Positions 48,550 through 57,900 of a DNA stretch of 64,000 nt are shown here, piece after piece. The DNA is taken from the NCBI GenBank assembly GCA_964603585.1, contig CAZRVK010000007.1, positions 45,128 through 109,127 of the forward strand, in the 5' to 3' direction. A program made the position numbers and the translations under genes. This DNA comes from an uncultured Planctomycetales bacterium (GTDB lineage Bacteria; Omnitrophota; Gorgyraeia; Gygaellales; Profunditerraquicolaceae). Positions within the stretch are counted from its first letter, which is position 1, and each line of letters starts with the position of its first letter. A model generated the notes under the pieces. The model ran no database searches, had not been told where the DNA came from, and worked only from the letters and a program-made list of their open reading frames with translations.

Positions 48550-50007
48550 TTATCCTTTAATCACACCTACAGGACGCATTCGGCAAACGCGCTTTGAAAT
48601 GCCGGCATTATGCACTACCCCTGCCACATCATTAATATCTTTATACGCTTCAGGCGCTTCTTCTACGATTGTTCCCCGGCCAGAGGCCTTTACAATTATA
48701 CCTTTAGATTCCAAATTCTTCAATAAAACATTTAAATTTACTGACTTGGTGGCAGCGGTCCGTGATTTTAAGCGGCCAGCGCCATGACACGTTGAGTAAA
48801 ATGTCTCAACTGCCCTTTCTGTACCAACCAGCAAATAAGAATTCCTCCCCATATCACCGGGGATAATTACCGGCTGTCCGGTCTTTTGATATCTTTCAGG
48901 CAAAGACGGATGCCTGGGAGGAAAAGCGCGGGTCGCGCCCTTACGATGGACACACAAATCTTTTTCTTTGCCATTTATGGTGTATTTCTCGATTTTGGCA
49001 ATATTATGCGCCACATCATAGATCAATGACATTCCCAGCTTCTGCCACGGCATACCAAGGACTCGTTCAAAGCTCATCCGTGCTAAATGCATCAGGCACT
49101 GCCGGTTAGCCCAGGCATAATTCGCCGCACAGCGCATCGCCGCCAAATAAAGCTGTCCTTCGGAAGAATTCACCGGCGCACAAGCCAATTGGCGATCAGG
49201 AAGATTAATATTGTATTTTTGCAGGCAATGCACCATTGAACGCACATGATCATCACATACCTGATAACCAAAACCACGGGAACCGGAATGTATCATCACC
49301 ATCACCTGGCCAAGATCCAAATTGAAAGCATCGCATAAATCGCGGTCGTAAAGCTGATCAATAACCTGGATCTCAAGAAAATGATTCCCCGAACCAAGTG
49401 TTCCGGATTGTGCTTTGCCTCGCTCATAAGCCCGGTCAGAAACAGCATCTGGATCTGCTCCGGAAATCGCGCCATTTTCTTCAGTACACTCTAAATCGTC
49501 CTGAACTCCATAACCTTTTTGAACCGCCCATTTAGCCCCTTTGACCAGGATCTCTTTTTCTTCTTTAGCACTGACCCGAATATCTCCTTTTGAACCTACA
49601 CCAGCGGGAACATCGGAAAAAAGGGCATACACCAGGTTTTCCAGTTTATCTTTTATATCATCATACTGAAGATCAGTTCTTACTAACCTGATCCCGCAGT
49701 TTATATCGAAACCGACTCCTCCTGGAGAAACAACGCCCCCTTCTTCAATATCGGTTGCCGCCACCCCTCCGATCGGGAATCCATATCCCCAGTGTATATC
49801 CGGCATGGCAAGTGATGCATTCACGATCCCGGGCAAAAAAGCTACATTGGCAACTTGCTCTAAGGCCTTATCTTTATAAATATCTTTAAGCAATTTTTCA
49901 TCGGCATAAATTAATCCCGGCACACGCATACCCGGTTTATAGGATCTGGGGATACGCCACCGGTATTCATCTATTTTTTCTAACTTGACTTGTGGGTTAT
50001 CAGACAT
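48550..50007 (-). CDS. rtcB: RNA-splicing ligase RtcB
   Basis: 485 aa, GSGNHF, conserved His/Cys metal ligands, C-terminal ...HNAGISKRV... Confidence 0.9.
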   Translation of the reverse strand: MSDNPQVKLEKIDEYRWRIPRSYKPGMRVPGLIYADEKLLKDIYKDKALEQVANVAFLPGIVNASLAMPDIHWGYGFPIGGVAATDIEEGGVVSPGGVGFDINCGIRLVRTDLQYDDIKDKLENLVYALFSDVPAGVGSKGDIRVSAKEEKEILVKGAKWAVQKGYGVQDDLECTEENGAISGADPDAVSDRAYERGKAQSGTLGSGNHFLEIQVIDQLYDRDLCDAFNLDLGQVMVMIHSGSRGFGYQVCDDHVRSMVHCLQKYNINLPDRQLACAPVNSSEGQLYLAAMRCAANYAWANRQCLMHLARMSFERVLGMPWQKLGMSLIYDVAHNIAKIEKYTINGKEKDLCVHRKGATRAFPPRHPSLPERYQKTGQPVIIPGDMGRNSYLLVGTERAVETFYSTCHGAGRLKSRTAATKSVNLNVLLKNLESKGIIVKASGRGTIVEEAPEAYKDINDVAGVVHNAGISKRVCRMRPVGVIKG

Positions 50008-50455
50008 CTAAAATCACCTCCGCGATCCACCCGCCAGCGGTATGCTCTACTTTTAATTGATGATATGTTGCGGCTTTTATCTCAAAATTCAGCTTATAAT
50101 TTATAATATTACTGCCGATAGCAACTGCATCGATACCGGTTTCGTTAAGCTTATTGATCTTTAAATCATGAAAAATAACGCCCTTTGCCGAGGATAATGA
50201 CAATAATTCGTTAAGCCAGTTTATAAATAACTCTTCGAGATTGGCGGCTTCCTGGATAACAGGTAATTTTATATGCTGCGGGTCCTTGATAAATTGCCTG
50301 CGGGAGGCGATCTGAAAAACTGCAAGGCCTGCGTTCTTAAAGAGTTCTTCTAACTCTTGGCCTTTTATACGGAGGTAAATATCTGCGGTGTGTTCGAGGA
50401 TTTCGTAAGGTTGGTTTTTCACACAATGACCATATCTGAACTTCTGATCCGCCAA
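50000..50455 (-). CDS. archease (RtcB activator)
   Basis: EHTADIYLRIKG archease signature; overlaps rtcB start by 8 nt. Confidence 0.8.
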   Translation of the reverse strand: MADQKFRYGHCVKNQPYEILEHTADIYLRIKGQELEELFKNAGLAVFQIASRRQFIKDPQHIKLPVIQEAANLEELFINWLNELLSLSSAKGVIFHDLKINKLNETGIDAVAIGSNIINYKLNFEIKAATYHQLKVEHTAGGWIAEVILDV

Positions 50456-50467
50456 CTGTTAAATAAA

Positions 50468-50540
50468 TGGGCCATGTAGGAGTCGAACCTACGACCTTGA
50501 CATTAAGAGTGTCCTGCTCTGCCAATTGAGCTAATGGCCC
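50468..50540 (-). tRNA. tRNA-Lys (anticodon CUU)
   Basis: 73 nt cloverleaf, acceptor GGGCCAT/ATGGCCC, anticodon loop CTCTTAA, T-loop TTCGACT. Confidence 0.8.
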
Positions 50541-50794
50541 GAAAATCAATATCTTACAATCTTATCGTCGGGAAACCTGTAGAAATATGCTCTTACCTCA
50601 TCATACATAATCTTACTAAAAATCACTTAATTTAACAGACTACATTCACAGTTTATTCACATTTTGTATGCCCTTTTAATCGCCTATTCTAAGCCGTGAA
50701 TTTTAAGCCCAGGGCTTCTATACTGAACGATCTCTTGAGGCAAAAGGGATTATATCATTATTACGGTTTAAGGCAAGAGAAATTTGTTTTTGCA

Positions 50795-50822
50795 TTGACA
50801 GTAAGAACGTTTATGGTATAAT
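50795..50822 (+). promoter_or_regulatory. consensus sigma70 promoter TTGACA-16-TATAAT driving the tRNA-like gene
   Basis: Perfect -35 (50795-50800) and -10 (50817-50822) hexamers with 16 nt spacer; TSS ~10 nt before 50840. Confidence 0.6.
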
Positions 50823-50839
50823 TTTCTATCATGTAGCAC

Positions 50840-50913
50840 GCCCCTGTAGCGCAAATGAATAGCGCGCGCGTCTGCTAAACGTGAAGTTGCGGGTTTGAAT
50901 CCCGCCAGGGGCA
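50840..50913 (+). tRNA. atypical class-I tRNA-like gene, anticodon GCU (isotype unresolved)
   Basis: Perfect 7 bp acceptor GCCCCTG/CAGGGGC, 4 bp D-stem, 5 bp anticodon stem with loop CTGCTAA, 5 nt variable loop, T-arm GCGGG/CCCGC; D-loop lacks GG and T-loop is TTTGAAT (possible A19-U56 covariation). Confidence 0.5.
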
Positions 50914-50959
50914 CAATGTTACGGCAGCTAGCAGACAAGCTGCCTCTTTAATTTATATA

Positions 50960-51060
50960 ACAAAATACTTGACAAAATAATTGCATATTATATACTTTCA
51001 GTAGCAGACGTGCGCAATTATTTGCGTTACAGGAAGGGCGTCAGAAATGACGTCCTTTTT
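50960..51060 (+). ncRNA. candidate ~65 nt cis-antisense sRNA: TTGACA-16-TATACT promoter to GNRA-tetraloop intrinsic terminator
   Basis: -35 50960-50965, -10 50982-50987; terminator GGGCGTCA-GAAA-TGACGTCC + TTTTT at 51036-51060; antisense to the 3' end of the 51041-51202 gene. Confidence 0.4.
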
Positions 51061-51202
51061 CCTTTTTAGGGACAATTTCTTTCATTAACTGCCTCAATTC
51101 CCTGGCCGTTAGCTTATCTGCTATCCTCAGCCCACAATCATACCGCAGGAATTGATGCAGCCGAATTATGGCTTTTGTTTCTTTAATTAGCTTTTTGAGC
51201 AT
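51041..51202 (-). CDS. small conserved protein (53 aa; paralog of island gene 37917-38087)
   Basis: MLKKLIKETKAIIRLHQFLRYDCGLRIADKLTARELRQLMKEIVPKKEKGRHF; below ORF-track cutoff. Confidence 0.45.
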   Translation of the reverse strand: MLKKLIKETKAIIRLHQFLRYDCGLRIADKLTARELRQLMKEIVPKKEKGRHF

Positions 51203-51298
51203 GTCTATCACCCCCTTTTAAGGTAATAGACGCATAAGGTGAGGAAATCTAACAGGATTTCTATTGATTTATCATATACAATATGATTAAATATAAAG

Positions 51299-51793
51299 AT
51301 GAAAACTAAGGACTTAGTAGTTTTTTATATCGAATTATCCATCCTAACCTTACTCAGCATCATTACCATAATTGTCAACCAGAATACAATTTTCCCTTGG
51401 ATGTTAAAGAATCCAATACTTGTTTCTCTATCTGGTTTTTTAGTCATCTTAAGTTATATTATAATACAGGAGTATACCTATACCAAAACACACCGTTATC
51501 TTCTTAAAATAATTAATGATGGATTTAAAGAGACTTTTGAGAATATGAATGAGATTATCATCTATATAGAAGAGATTTCTAAATCAAAAGAACCTTTAAA
51601 TAAAACCGTCTCTAAAATAAATGCGGAAATTAATTCGATTAAAGGAGATATGACCAAAAGCGATTTTGAAACAAAATTAAGATTAAAAACCATGGAGGAA
51701 GGAATTTCATCCCATAGATCTTTAATGACGCTGTTTGTTTCAATAGTCGGGATACTCCTTATATTTATAGGTTATATGGTAAGTCTCAAATAA
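51299..51793 (+). CDS. hypothetical membrane protein
   Basis: 164 aa, 2 N-terminal and 1 C-terminal TM helices, only plus-strand gene in the phage block. Confidence 0.35.
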   Translation: MKTKDLVVFYIELSILTLLSIITIIVNQNTIFPWMLKNPILVSLSGFLVILSYIIIQEYTYTKTHRYLLKIINDGFKETFENMNEIIIYIEEISKSKEPLNKTVSKINAEINSIKGDMTKSDFETKLRLKTMEEGISSHRSLMTLFVSIVGILLIFIGYMVSLK

Positions 51794-52238
51794 TCATTGG
51801 CACCGTAGCCAATAAAACAGCCCCCCGGCCTCCCTCATGCAGATTATCGTTCCACCGGCCAAGAAAATACCATGCCCCCATAAACACAGTGCAGATCACA
51901 ACCCGGATCCCGAAACCTATCCAATGCCCGGACGCCCAAGCGTAGAATATCGCGGATAATGAGCAAAAGAACCCATGCATTGCGTAATGCCACCAGGAGT
52001 AATCTTTCGGTTTAGGGAATATGTATCTATATGTAGTCAATGCGCCCCCCATGGCAAAGAAACACGGTAAAATTGATATCCACTGCCAGAACCCGGATAT
52101 TGCATGCAGATGCCACAGATAAGCCACAAACAAGCAGGGAAGCCCCCAATCGCGCACCGGACTGACTTTCCACCCTCCAATGCGATAAAGGATCCCTGCG
52201 ATCAAGCTAAACCCAAGCCAATAATTAAAATTCGACAC
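51786..52238 (-). CDS. Trp-rich polytopic membrane protein
   Basis: 150 aa, 4-5 TM helices. Confidence 0.3.
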   Translation of the reverse strand: MSNFNYWLGFSLIAGILYRIGGWKVSPVRDWGLPCLFVAYLWHLHAISGFWQWISILPCFFAMGGALTTYRYIFPKPKDYSWWHYAMHGFFCSLSAIFYAWASGHWIGFGIRVVICTVFMGAWYFLGRWNDNLHEGGRGAVLLATVPMII

Positions 52239-52530
52239 GGACGCCTCCCCTGATGTATGTACCCATATCCGCGTTATTTCGCTGCTCCACTCCTACCTCA
52301 ATAAATGGAATAAAGAACCGACTGGTTTTATTGATCTGCGTAACCTTAACTTCGGATCCTTTTTGAGCGATAATTGTCTGCGTAGGTTTAGGTCGAAGAG
52401 TAAACCACACGCAATACCCAATCCCAAAGAATAAAAGCATCCACGGCACAAAGGCTAATGCCTTTATGCCGGTTTTAGGTTTAACGGCTCCCTGGAAGAA
52501 ATGCTTACACGTAATTGGCTCTTCGCTCAT
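52225..52530 (-). CDS. hypothetical phage protein with N-terminal TM
   Basis: 101 aa. Confidence 0.25.
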   Translation of the reverse strand: MSEEPITCKHFFQGAVKPKTGIKALAFVPWMLLFFGIGYCVWFTLRPKPTQTIIAQKGSEVKVTQINKTSRFFIPFIEVGVEQRNNADMGTYIRGGVRVEF

Positions 52531-52714
52531 TTCTAAGATAAATTCCTCATGTTATAGATCAATGTCCGCCAAAAAGATTTCTTATGATCCTTACATTGAG
52601 TCGCGACATGACTCTTAGGAAAATACGCACTTTTTGCTTTGCATTCTTCCGGAAGATACCCTAATCCGAACATAACGGATCTTCCTTCTATATAGTTCTT
52701 GCATGTCTCGCAGT

Positions 52715-53014
52715 TCATTTCTCACTCGCATTTTTCAACGCATTAACCGCCATTTCGATTACCAGGAATATTAAGCTGTCCCGAACAGTAATACCTTTAG
52801 TAATCGCATATCCTTTAATCTCCTGGAATGCCTGGTTGCGTTTTTCTTCATTGCTTAGATCAGTAGCAGCCAATTTCTCCACAGAAGCCAAAGCAATGTC
52901 CTTAATCGCGGCAATCGCTATCTGCGTGGCTGAATTGAATACTGATAAAAGAAACGGTTTTACTGCCTTTACTACCTTTAAAAATAAGTCTCTTATCCAA
53001 TTAAACATTGCCAT
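52715..53014 (-). CDS. hypothetical phage protein
   Basis: 99 aa. Confidence 0.25.
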   Translation of the reverse strand: MAMFNWIRDLFLKVVKAVKPFLLSVFNSATQIAIAAIKDIALASVEKLAATDLSNEEKRNQAFQEIKGYAITKGITVRDSLIFLVIEMAVNALKNASEK

Positions 53015-53222
53015 CCCCCTTTTTTTGTTCAGGCATTTTCTGCCCGAAATAAAACCCCATTAGAAATGATACGATCTCTTTTAGTATTTCCGGAACCGGA
53101 AACTGGTTTAAGATTAAATAACAAAGCGTAAAATAGAATAACGCCGCGAATATAGTTCTTGGCTTTAGCCATTCCTTGATCAGTGTCTTTTCTAATTCTC
53201 TAATCTCTTCGATTATATTCAT
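53001..53222 (-). CDS. small single-TM protein (holin-like candidate)
   Basis: Start ATG overlaps stop of upstream gene (ATGA); one TM helix, charged C-terminus. Confidence 0.25.
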   Translation of the reverse strand: MNIIEEIRELEKTLIKEWLKPRTIFAALFYFTLCYLILNQFPVPEILKEIVSFLMGFYFGQKMPEQKKGDGNV

Positions 53223-53344
53223 TTCTTCTTCGGCTGTACTGTTCCGCACTTTGTACACACTACCCCGTGTTTACTTCTCTTCATCATGGTATATTTTTCA
53301 CAGGTTATACAGTTACCACCAAGATATGTCTTTTTCTTATTCAT
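53219..53344 (-). CDS. 41-aa zinc-ribbon protein (not in ORF track)
   Basis: MNKKKTYLGGNCITCEKYTMMKRSKHGVVCTKCGTVQPKKK; CxxC...CxxC; start overlaps upstream stop (TAATG). Confidence 0.3.
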   Translation of the reverse strand: MNKKKTYLGGNCITCEKYTMMKRSKHGVVCTKCGTVQPKKK

Positions 53345-53535
53345 TAATGTCCCCCTGCTTTTACCATTTCATCAAATCTATCGGGTAATAATTTTTTATC
53401 ATACCCTCTTCGCCCCGTGATTATCTTCCCGCATTTAGAACATCTTAAAGTTCCATTATCCCGATACCGCCACTCTCCTGTCTTGCAGTGAGGACAAACT
53501 CTCGGATCGTTTACTCTCCGACCGGTATCAACCAT
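53344..53535 (-). CDS. 63-aa zinc-ribbon protein
   Basis: CPHC...CSKC four-Cys ribbon. Confidence 0.35.
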   Translation of the reverse strand: MVDTGRRVNDPRVCPHCKTGEWRYRDNGTLRCSKCGKIITGRRGYDKKLLPDRFDEMVKAGGH

Positions 53536-53539
53536 ATAA

Positions 53540-53764
53540 TTATCTTTCTATAAAGAGCTTGCTCACCAACGCTGTAATAAACCCAGCCACAGCGCCAAAG
53601 ACTGTTGCCTTACCCTCGATATTTGAAACCTTATTTTCAACAGAATTAAGTCTTCTAAACGTTTCTCCACAAGGGAGCTTATCTAACCGATCTTCTAACC
53701 CTTCCATTTTGGCTTTCATGTACCCTTCAAACGCTGTCGTGGGTTTAAACTCGTCTTTCGGCAT
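53540..53764 (-). CDS. small protein with C-terminal TM helix
   Basis: 74 aa. Confidence 0.25.
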   Translation of the reverse strand: MPKDEFKPTTAFEGYMKAKMEGLEDRLDKLPCGETFRRLNSVENKVSNIEGKATVFGAVAGFITALVSKLFIER

Positions 53765-53777
53765 ATTAACCTCTTTC

Positions 53778-54041
53778 TTATTCCTCCGTAATCACTACCC
53801 CAAATTGGTTAAATATATCTGCAAGGCAATTCTTCGCCCCTAAAAAATCATCGGAGAAAACCGTATATACTCTTCGGACGATATATTTAATCTTTTCCTT
53901 AAAATGATCATTTAATATGACTACGTCCTGCGATTCGTTATTCCAGTAATGCAATTCTCCGTTAGCCCTTACTTCTATACCTCCTATCTTCGTGTCAATC
54001 TTTAGATTTGCGCTTATCGTACCGTCTAAATTCACGGTCAT
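53778..54041 (-). CDS. hypothetical phage protein
   Basis: 87 aa. Confidence 0.2.
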   Translation of the reverse strand: MTVNLDGTISANLKIDTKIGGIEVRANGELHYWNNESQDVVILNDHFKEKIKYIVRRVYTVFSDDFLGAKNCLADIFNQFGVVITEE

Positions 54042-54131
54042 ATTAACTTTTGATAACCACGATTGAGATATACCGTCTATGAGTGTATTTCTATCGGCTT
54101 CGGATATTTCAGCAAGTTCTTCGTTTACCGC

Positions 54132-54593
54132 CTAATTAGCTCCCGCAAGTATAACGCAATGCCAATCTCCTGATATAGTTCCCCAAGAAGAAATATCTAT
54201 TGATAAATTGTCAATGTCTATAAGCGTAATATCATCAGGTATAATTTGTTTATCGTTATTATCATATACTTGCACAATGCAGTATTTCTTTCCTAAGGAA
54301 TGTTCAATATCGAGGATACCGCTCGATAAATCGTCATTACCAAATAGCTGTTCATATACTGTTGTAGTATATGGCATTTTCTCATCATCTAATTCATTAA
54401 TCGCTGACTGAACATCAGTCGCAGAGATGTTACCGGCTGGTTCAACTACAATATCCGAAGCTTTATCATAAACAGCATTCGATTCAGCAAATAACAAACT
54501 TGCTAACGATAGAAATATTATTGCTCCGAAACTAATTGTTTTCTTCATCTTAACTCGCGATCCCAATAATTTCTCCCAGAGAACAAAGATCAC
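54132..54593 (-). CDS. secreted hypothetical protein
   Basis: Signal peptide, acidic beta-rich body. Confidence 0.3.
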   Translation of the reverse strand: MIFVLWEKLLGSRVKMKKTISFGAIIFLSLASLLFAESNAVYDKASDIVVEPAGNISATDVQSAINELDDEKMPYTTTVYEQLFGNDDLSSGILDIEHSLGKKYCIVQVYDNNDKQIIPDDITLIDIDNLSIDISSWGTISGDWHCVILAGAN

Positions 54594-55293
54594 CTGTATC
54601 CCCTGCTTTCAATTGTATGGTTACGTTATATGTCGTTCCATTGGTTAAACTCGAAACATCCACTGAAAAACTATACCAACCGAAAGTCGATGATGGTATA
54701 CTGACAGAATTATTTTGCCCTCCAATATCTACCTTTACACTCCCGGCTCCATGAGCTGCATAATTACCCACCGTAGCATTAACCCACACCGTAACGCTGG
54801 AAATTCCTGCAATCTTCTTAAACTTTGTGGTTAAAACTGTCCTATAAGTATTTTGATAAACTGACCATGCACCTAAAGTGATTTTAGTATTATCAACTAA
54901 AGTATCACTGATCATTATCCCGTTTGTATCTGCGACGTGCGATTCTGCCCCAAGCCCAAAAGAAAACAATACATTCGATAAGTTATTACCTAATGCTTGC
55001 CATGCTGAACCAGTATAAATATATTTGGTACTTTCATCCGTACGCCAAAAAGGTTGCCCTGTAATTGGATTCGCAGGGAAAGACGTCCCATGCCTGATCG
55101 CGCCATCATTGTCAAGAGATACATATAATCGCGTTTTTAGATCTGTACAGCTTCCAGCCGGATCAACTCCTAATTCGGCAGCTAATGCAACAACGTCATC
55201 CTGTAAAGCATTGACATGACCTGCATCAACTAAATCGACTTTATTGGTCTTGTTTGTGTACGAAGGCAATGTTCCTGGATAAACCGAAGCCAT
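54550..55293 (-). CDS. putative tail fibre / receptor-binding protein
   Basis: N-terminal MASVYPGTLPSY...VNALQDDVVALAAELG fibre-shaft-like start, Gly/Ser/Thr-rich beta-rich C-terminus. Confidence 0.4.
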   Translation of the reverse strand: MASVYPGTLPSYTNKTNKVDLVDAGHVNALQDDVVALAAELGVDPAGSCTDLKTRLYVSLDNDGAIRHGTSFPANPITGQPFWRTDESTKYIYTGSAWQALGNNLSNVLFSFGLGAESHVADTNGIMISDTLVDNTKITLGAWSVYQNTYRTVLTTKFKKIAGISSVTVWVNATVGNYAAHGAGSVKVDIGGQNNSVSIPSSTFGWYSFSVDVSSLTNGTTYNVTIQLKAGDTGDLCSLGEIIGIAS

Positions 55294-55304
55294 ATTCCTC
55301 CCCC

Positions 55305-55592
55305 TTACTGATTAATTAATTTTTTATCTATATATGCGATTTGTTCGCGTAGATTCTGCGCCTGAATCTCAAATGGCAATAAAGCTTTTACTATTTGGCG
55401 GTATTTAAGAATAAAATCTAACCAACTTAATCCATTCAAATAATGTTTAGTTTCTAAAATCTTCCTTTCATGCTGATTAAGTTCCAACTGCAATAGCTCT
55501 CGAGTCGATCTTAAACTTCTTCCTGATTTCTTCTCGAGTTCTATCTTTTCTTCGATATCCGTTTCTTTTAATGGTATAAACCAATTTGTCAT
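55305..55592 (-). CDS. hypothetical coiled-coil protein
   Basis: 95 aa. Confidence 0.2.
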   Translation of the reverse strand: MTNWFIPLKETDIEEKIELEKKSGRSLRSTRELLQLELNQHERKILETKHYLNGLSWLDFILKYRQIVKALLPFEIQAQNLREQIAYIDKKLINQ

Positions 55593-56710
55593 AAAGATCC
55601 CGCCCTTTGCTGTTCTAACTGATATTCTAACTGCGCAATATTTTCTGCAATCGATGGCCTTAAGTAACCGAGGTCTATTCTGGTCTTTAAAATGTTGTTA
55701 TTGTCTAAAATGTAATTAACTTTATTTAATTGGCGCTCAATTAAACCTGAATATAAGAATGTCCCGTATTTCTTTTCACTATATCTTACTGGTTTTCCTA
55801 CAATTATCGTTAACGGGACAGGAATTGTCTCTTCTATCCTTTGATCTAAATTAATAAACGTGCATTTGGCACTTCTTACTACATCATTAAACTCGGCAAA
55901 GATAGAATTTGCGTATTGCTGAGCAACTGCGTCCGTAGTAATCGCTGAATTCTGGATGACTTTTGTTCTTAGATTATATTTGGCTTGGCTTAATGTATCG
56001 TTAAAAGTCTTTGTATAAGGAGTTCCGCTTACATCTCCACCCTGAATAATAACTCGATTCACAATATCTTTGAAACTCTGGTCCTCATTAAAATCAGTTA
56101 TATCTTTACCTATCAGATATCTGAAACCTACAGTCGAACTTCTTCCTTTAAAGGAGAATTTCCTATCTTTATCGACTCCCCATTCCCGGGATCCAACTAT
56201 ATTCGCGCAAGTCTCTAATGCACTCTTTGCATCGGTATTAAATTTAAGACTGTCGGGAGTAAAAGAAGTAGCAACAATATCGGAAGCACTGTAAGTAATA
56301 TCAGTATTTGGGACAACAAAAGTATCCAGTATATCTTTTACGATAACTGAAATCTCTTGGCTCGTATAAGTCTTACTGACATATATCCTGGATAATTGCG
56401 TAGAATATCCATGTCCATCTATACGGATAATCTCTTCATCTCCGCTTATTGCAGGGTATTTATCTTCGACTAATCCTTGATACCATAAGTCGTAATTCTT
56501 AGTTGACGGATTCCTATAGTTAATCCTTATATTAAAATCACCACTTATTGACTTTTCATTACAGTAATCCCGCGCTAAATCAAAGCTGAATTCTCCACAA
56601 CCTCCTAACCTCGAATATGCCCATCGAAGATTCATAAATTCAGCATCTAAAATCTCTAAAATATTAAACTCTTTATCTCTTAACTCCACCCTAAATATCA
56701 TGATAACCAC
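55589..56710 (-). CDS. phage tail/baseplate structural protein
   Basis: Position 2 genes downstream of tape measure; beta-rich 373 aa. Confidence 0.35.
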   Translation of the reverse strand: MVIMIFRVELRDKEFNILEILDAEFMNLRWAYSRLGGCGEFSFDLARDYCNEKSISGDFNIRINYRNPSTKNYDLWYQGLVEDKYPAISGDEEIIRIDGHGYSTQLSRIYVSKTYTSQEISVIVKDILDTFVVPNTDITYSASDIVATSFTPDSLKFNTDAKSALETCANIVGSREWGVDKDRKFSFKGRSSTVGFRYLIGKDITDFNEDQSFKDIVNRVIIQGGDVSGTPYTKTFNDTLSQAKYNLRTKVIQNSAITTDAVAQQYANSIFAEFNDVVRSAKCTFINLDQRIEETIPVPLTIIVGKPVRYSEKKYGTFLYSGLIERQLNKVNYILDNNNILKTRIDLGYLRPSIAENIAQLEYQLEQQRAGSL

Positions 56711-57900
56711 CTATTAAACCAGTCAACTTTAACAGTACAATTTGACCCGGTAAACTTAAGGTAATTAGTCCCTGGCACAAGTTTTAAGAAATCACCAACG
56801 TGATAAGCAATTGAATCAACGTTGTTATTATTAACAGTGAAATTATCACAATCTACCTCTAATGTATTACCGGCTAAAACAGTCCCGGTAAATGCGAAGC
56901 TTTCTCCCGTTGTCAAATTCTCTAATTTGCAGCTGGTAATATCAACGGTTTGGTCTGCGATGAAATAAACCTTTGGCTTTGACCTGAAGTTTCCACTGTA
57001 TGTAATATTAAATTCTACTGGGGAAGATGTAACAACCTGCTTCTTTCTTAAGCTGCTTATAAACTTAGCTGACGGATCAGGAGCTAAGAATCGGATATTA
57101 TATTGCATGATTTTTAACCGAGAAAGATATCCCCAGCTCGGACTACCATCAAGAAATACCTCTATTACCCTATCGTCATATAAATATAAATCTCTCTTTT
57201 CATCTTCTTTCCAGGATAACAGAGATTTTAAAAGATTATCTAAGTTAGTCCGCGCGATCGTAAGAGTATCTCCAACAACATAACCTTTTATATTTATCTG
57301 GCGGCTACCCAGATGTATTTCCGGCACGTATACACCCTCTCTTCTTGCAATATTCAATTCTTGATTCTTTACACTGAACTCTGGTTTCCATTCATCTACA
57401 TGCGAAAAAGCATCCTCTAATTCAGTAAAGATATTCTCCCCTTCAACCAAAATCGCTCCGTCAAAATACGCCGTAACACCGTTCGGAATATTTATCGTGA
57501 TTTGTACCTTTGTCGCAGAAACATCGATCTTTCTGGTAACTGATAGAAATTCTTGACTACCTCCGCCAGTATGCGCGGATGAGTTACTTGTACCAACTCC
57601 ATCATCAATGGTTATCGTTACCCCCGCCCCGGAAGTATAAACCCAACAACCGATCGACATTGTTCGACCGGCGTAATCTGTACCTAAAGGAATTTGACGA
57701 TAAATATTTTGCCCCGTATTCGTCCCGATCAACTTAAGTGCATAACTGCCAAATTTAACAATCGTGCTTTCTTTCGCGATCGTAGGAGTACCCGTCTTTG
57801 TCCATCCAGTAGGCTCAGCACTATCTCCGCTTTCCCAATCCTCGAAATTACCCCAATCACCTAACAAATTCTTCGGACTGATTCTTAAAGCGCTATCCAT
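56698..57900 (-). CDS. phage distal tail protein candidate
   Basis: Immediately downstream of tape measure, beta-rich 400 aa. Confidence 0.35.
   Translation of the reverse strand: MDSALRISPKNLLGDWGNFEDWESGDSAEPTGWTKTGTPTIAKESTIVKFGSYALKLIGTNTGQNIYRQIPLGTDYAGRTMSIGCWVYTSGAGVTITIDDGVGTSNSSAHTGGGSQEFLSVTRKIDVSATKVQITINIPNGVTAYFDGAILVEGENIFTELEDAFSHVDEWKPEFSVKNQELNIARREGVYVPEIHLGSRQINIKGYVVGDTLTIARTNLDNLLKSLLSWKEDEKRDLYLYDDRVIEVFLDGSPSWGYLSRLKIMQYNIRFLAPDPSAKFISSLRKKQVVTSSPVEFNITYSGNFRSKPKVYFIADQTVDITSCKLENLTTGESFAFTGTVLAGNTLEVDCDNFTVNNNNVDSIAYHVGDFLKLVPGTNYLKFTGSNCTVKVDWFNRWLS

Noticed and set aside
51786-54600. Endolysin/holin lysis cassette in the small-gene block
   Set aside because: Several single-TM small proteins could be holins, but no protein with recognisable lysozyme, amidase or peptidase motifs was found. 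Left as hypothetical.
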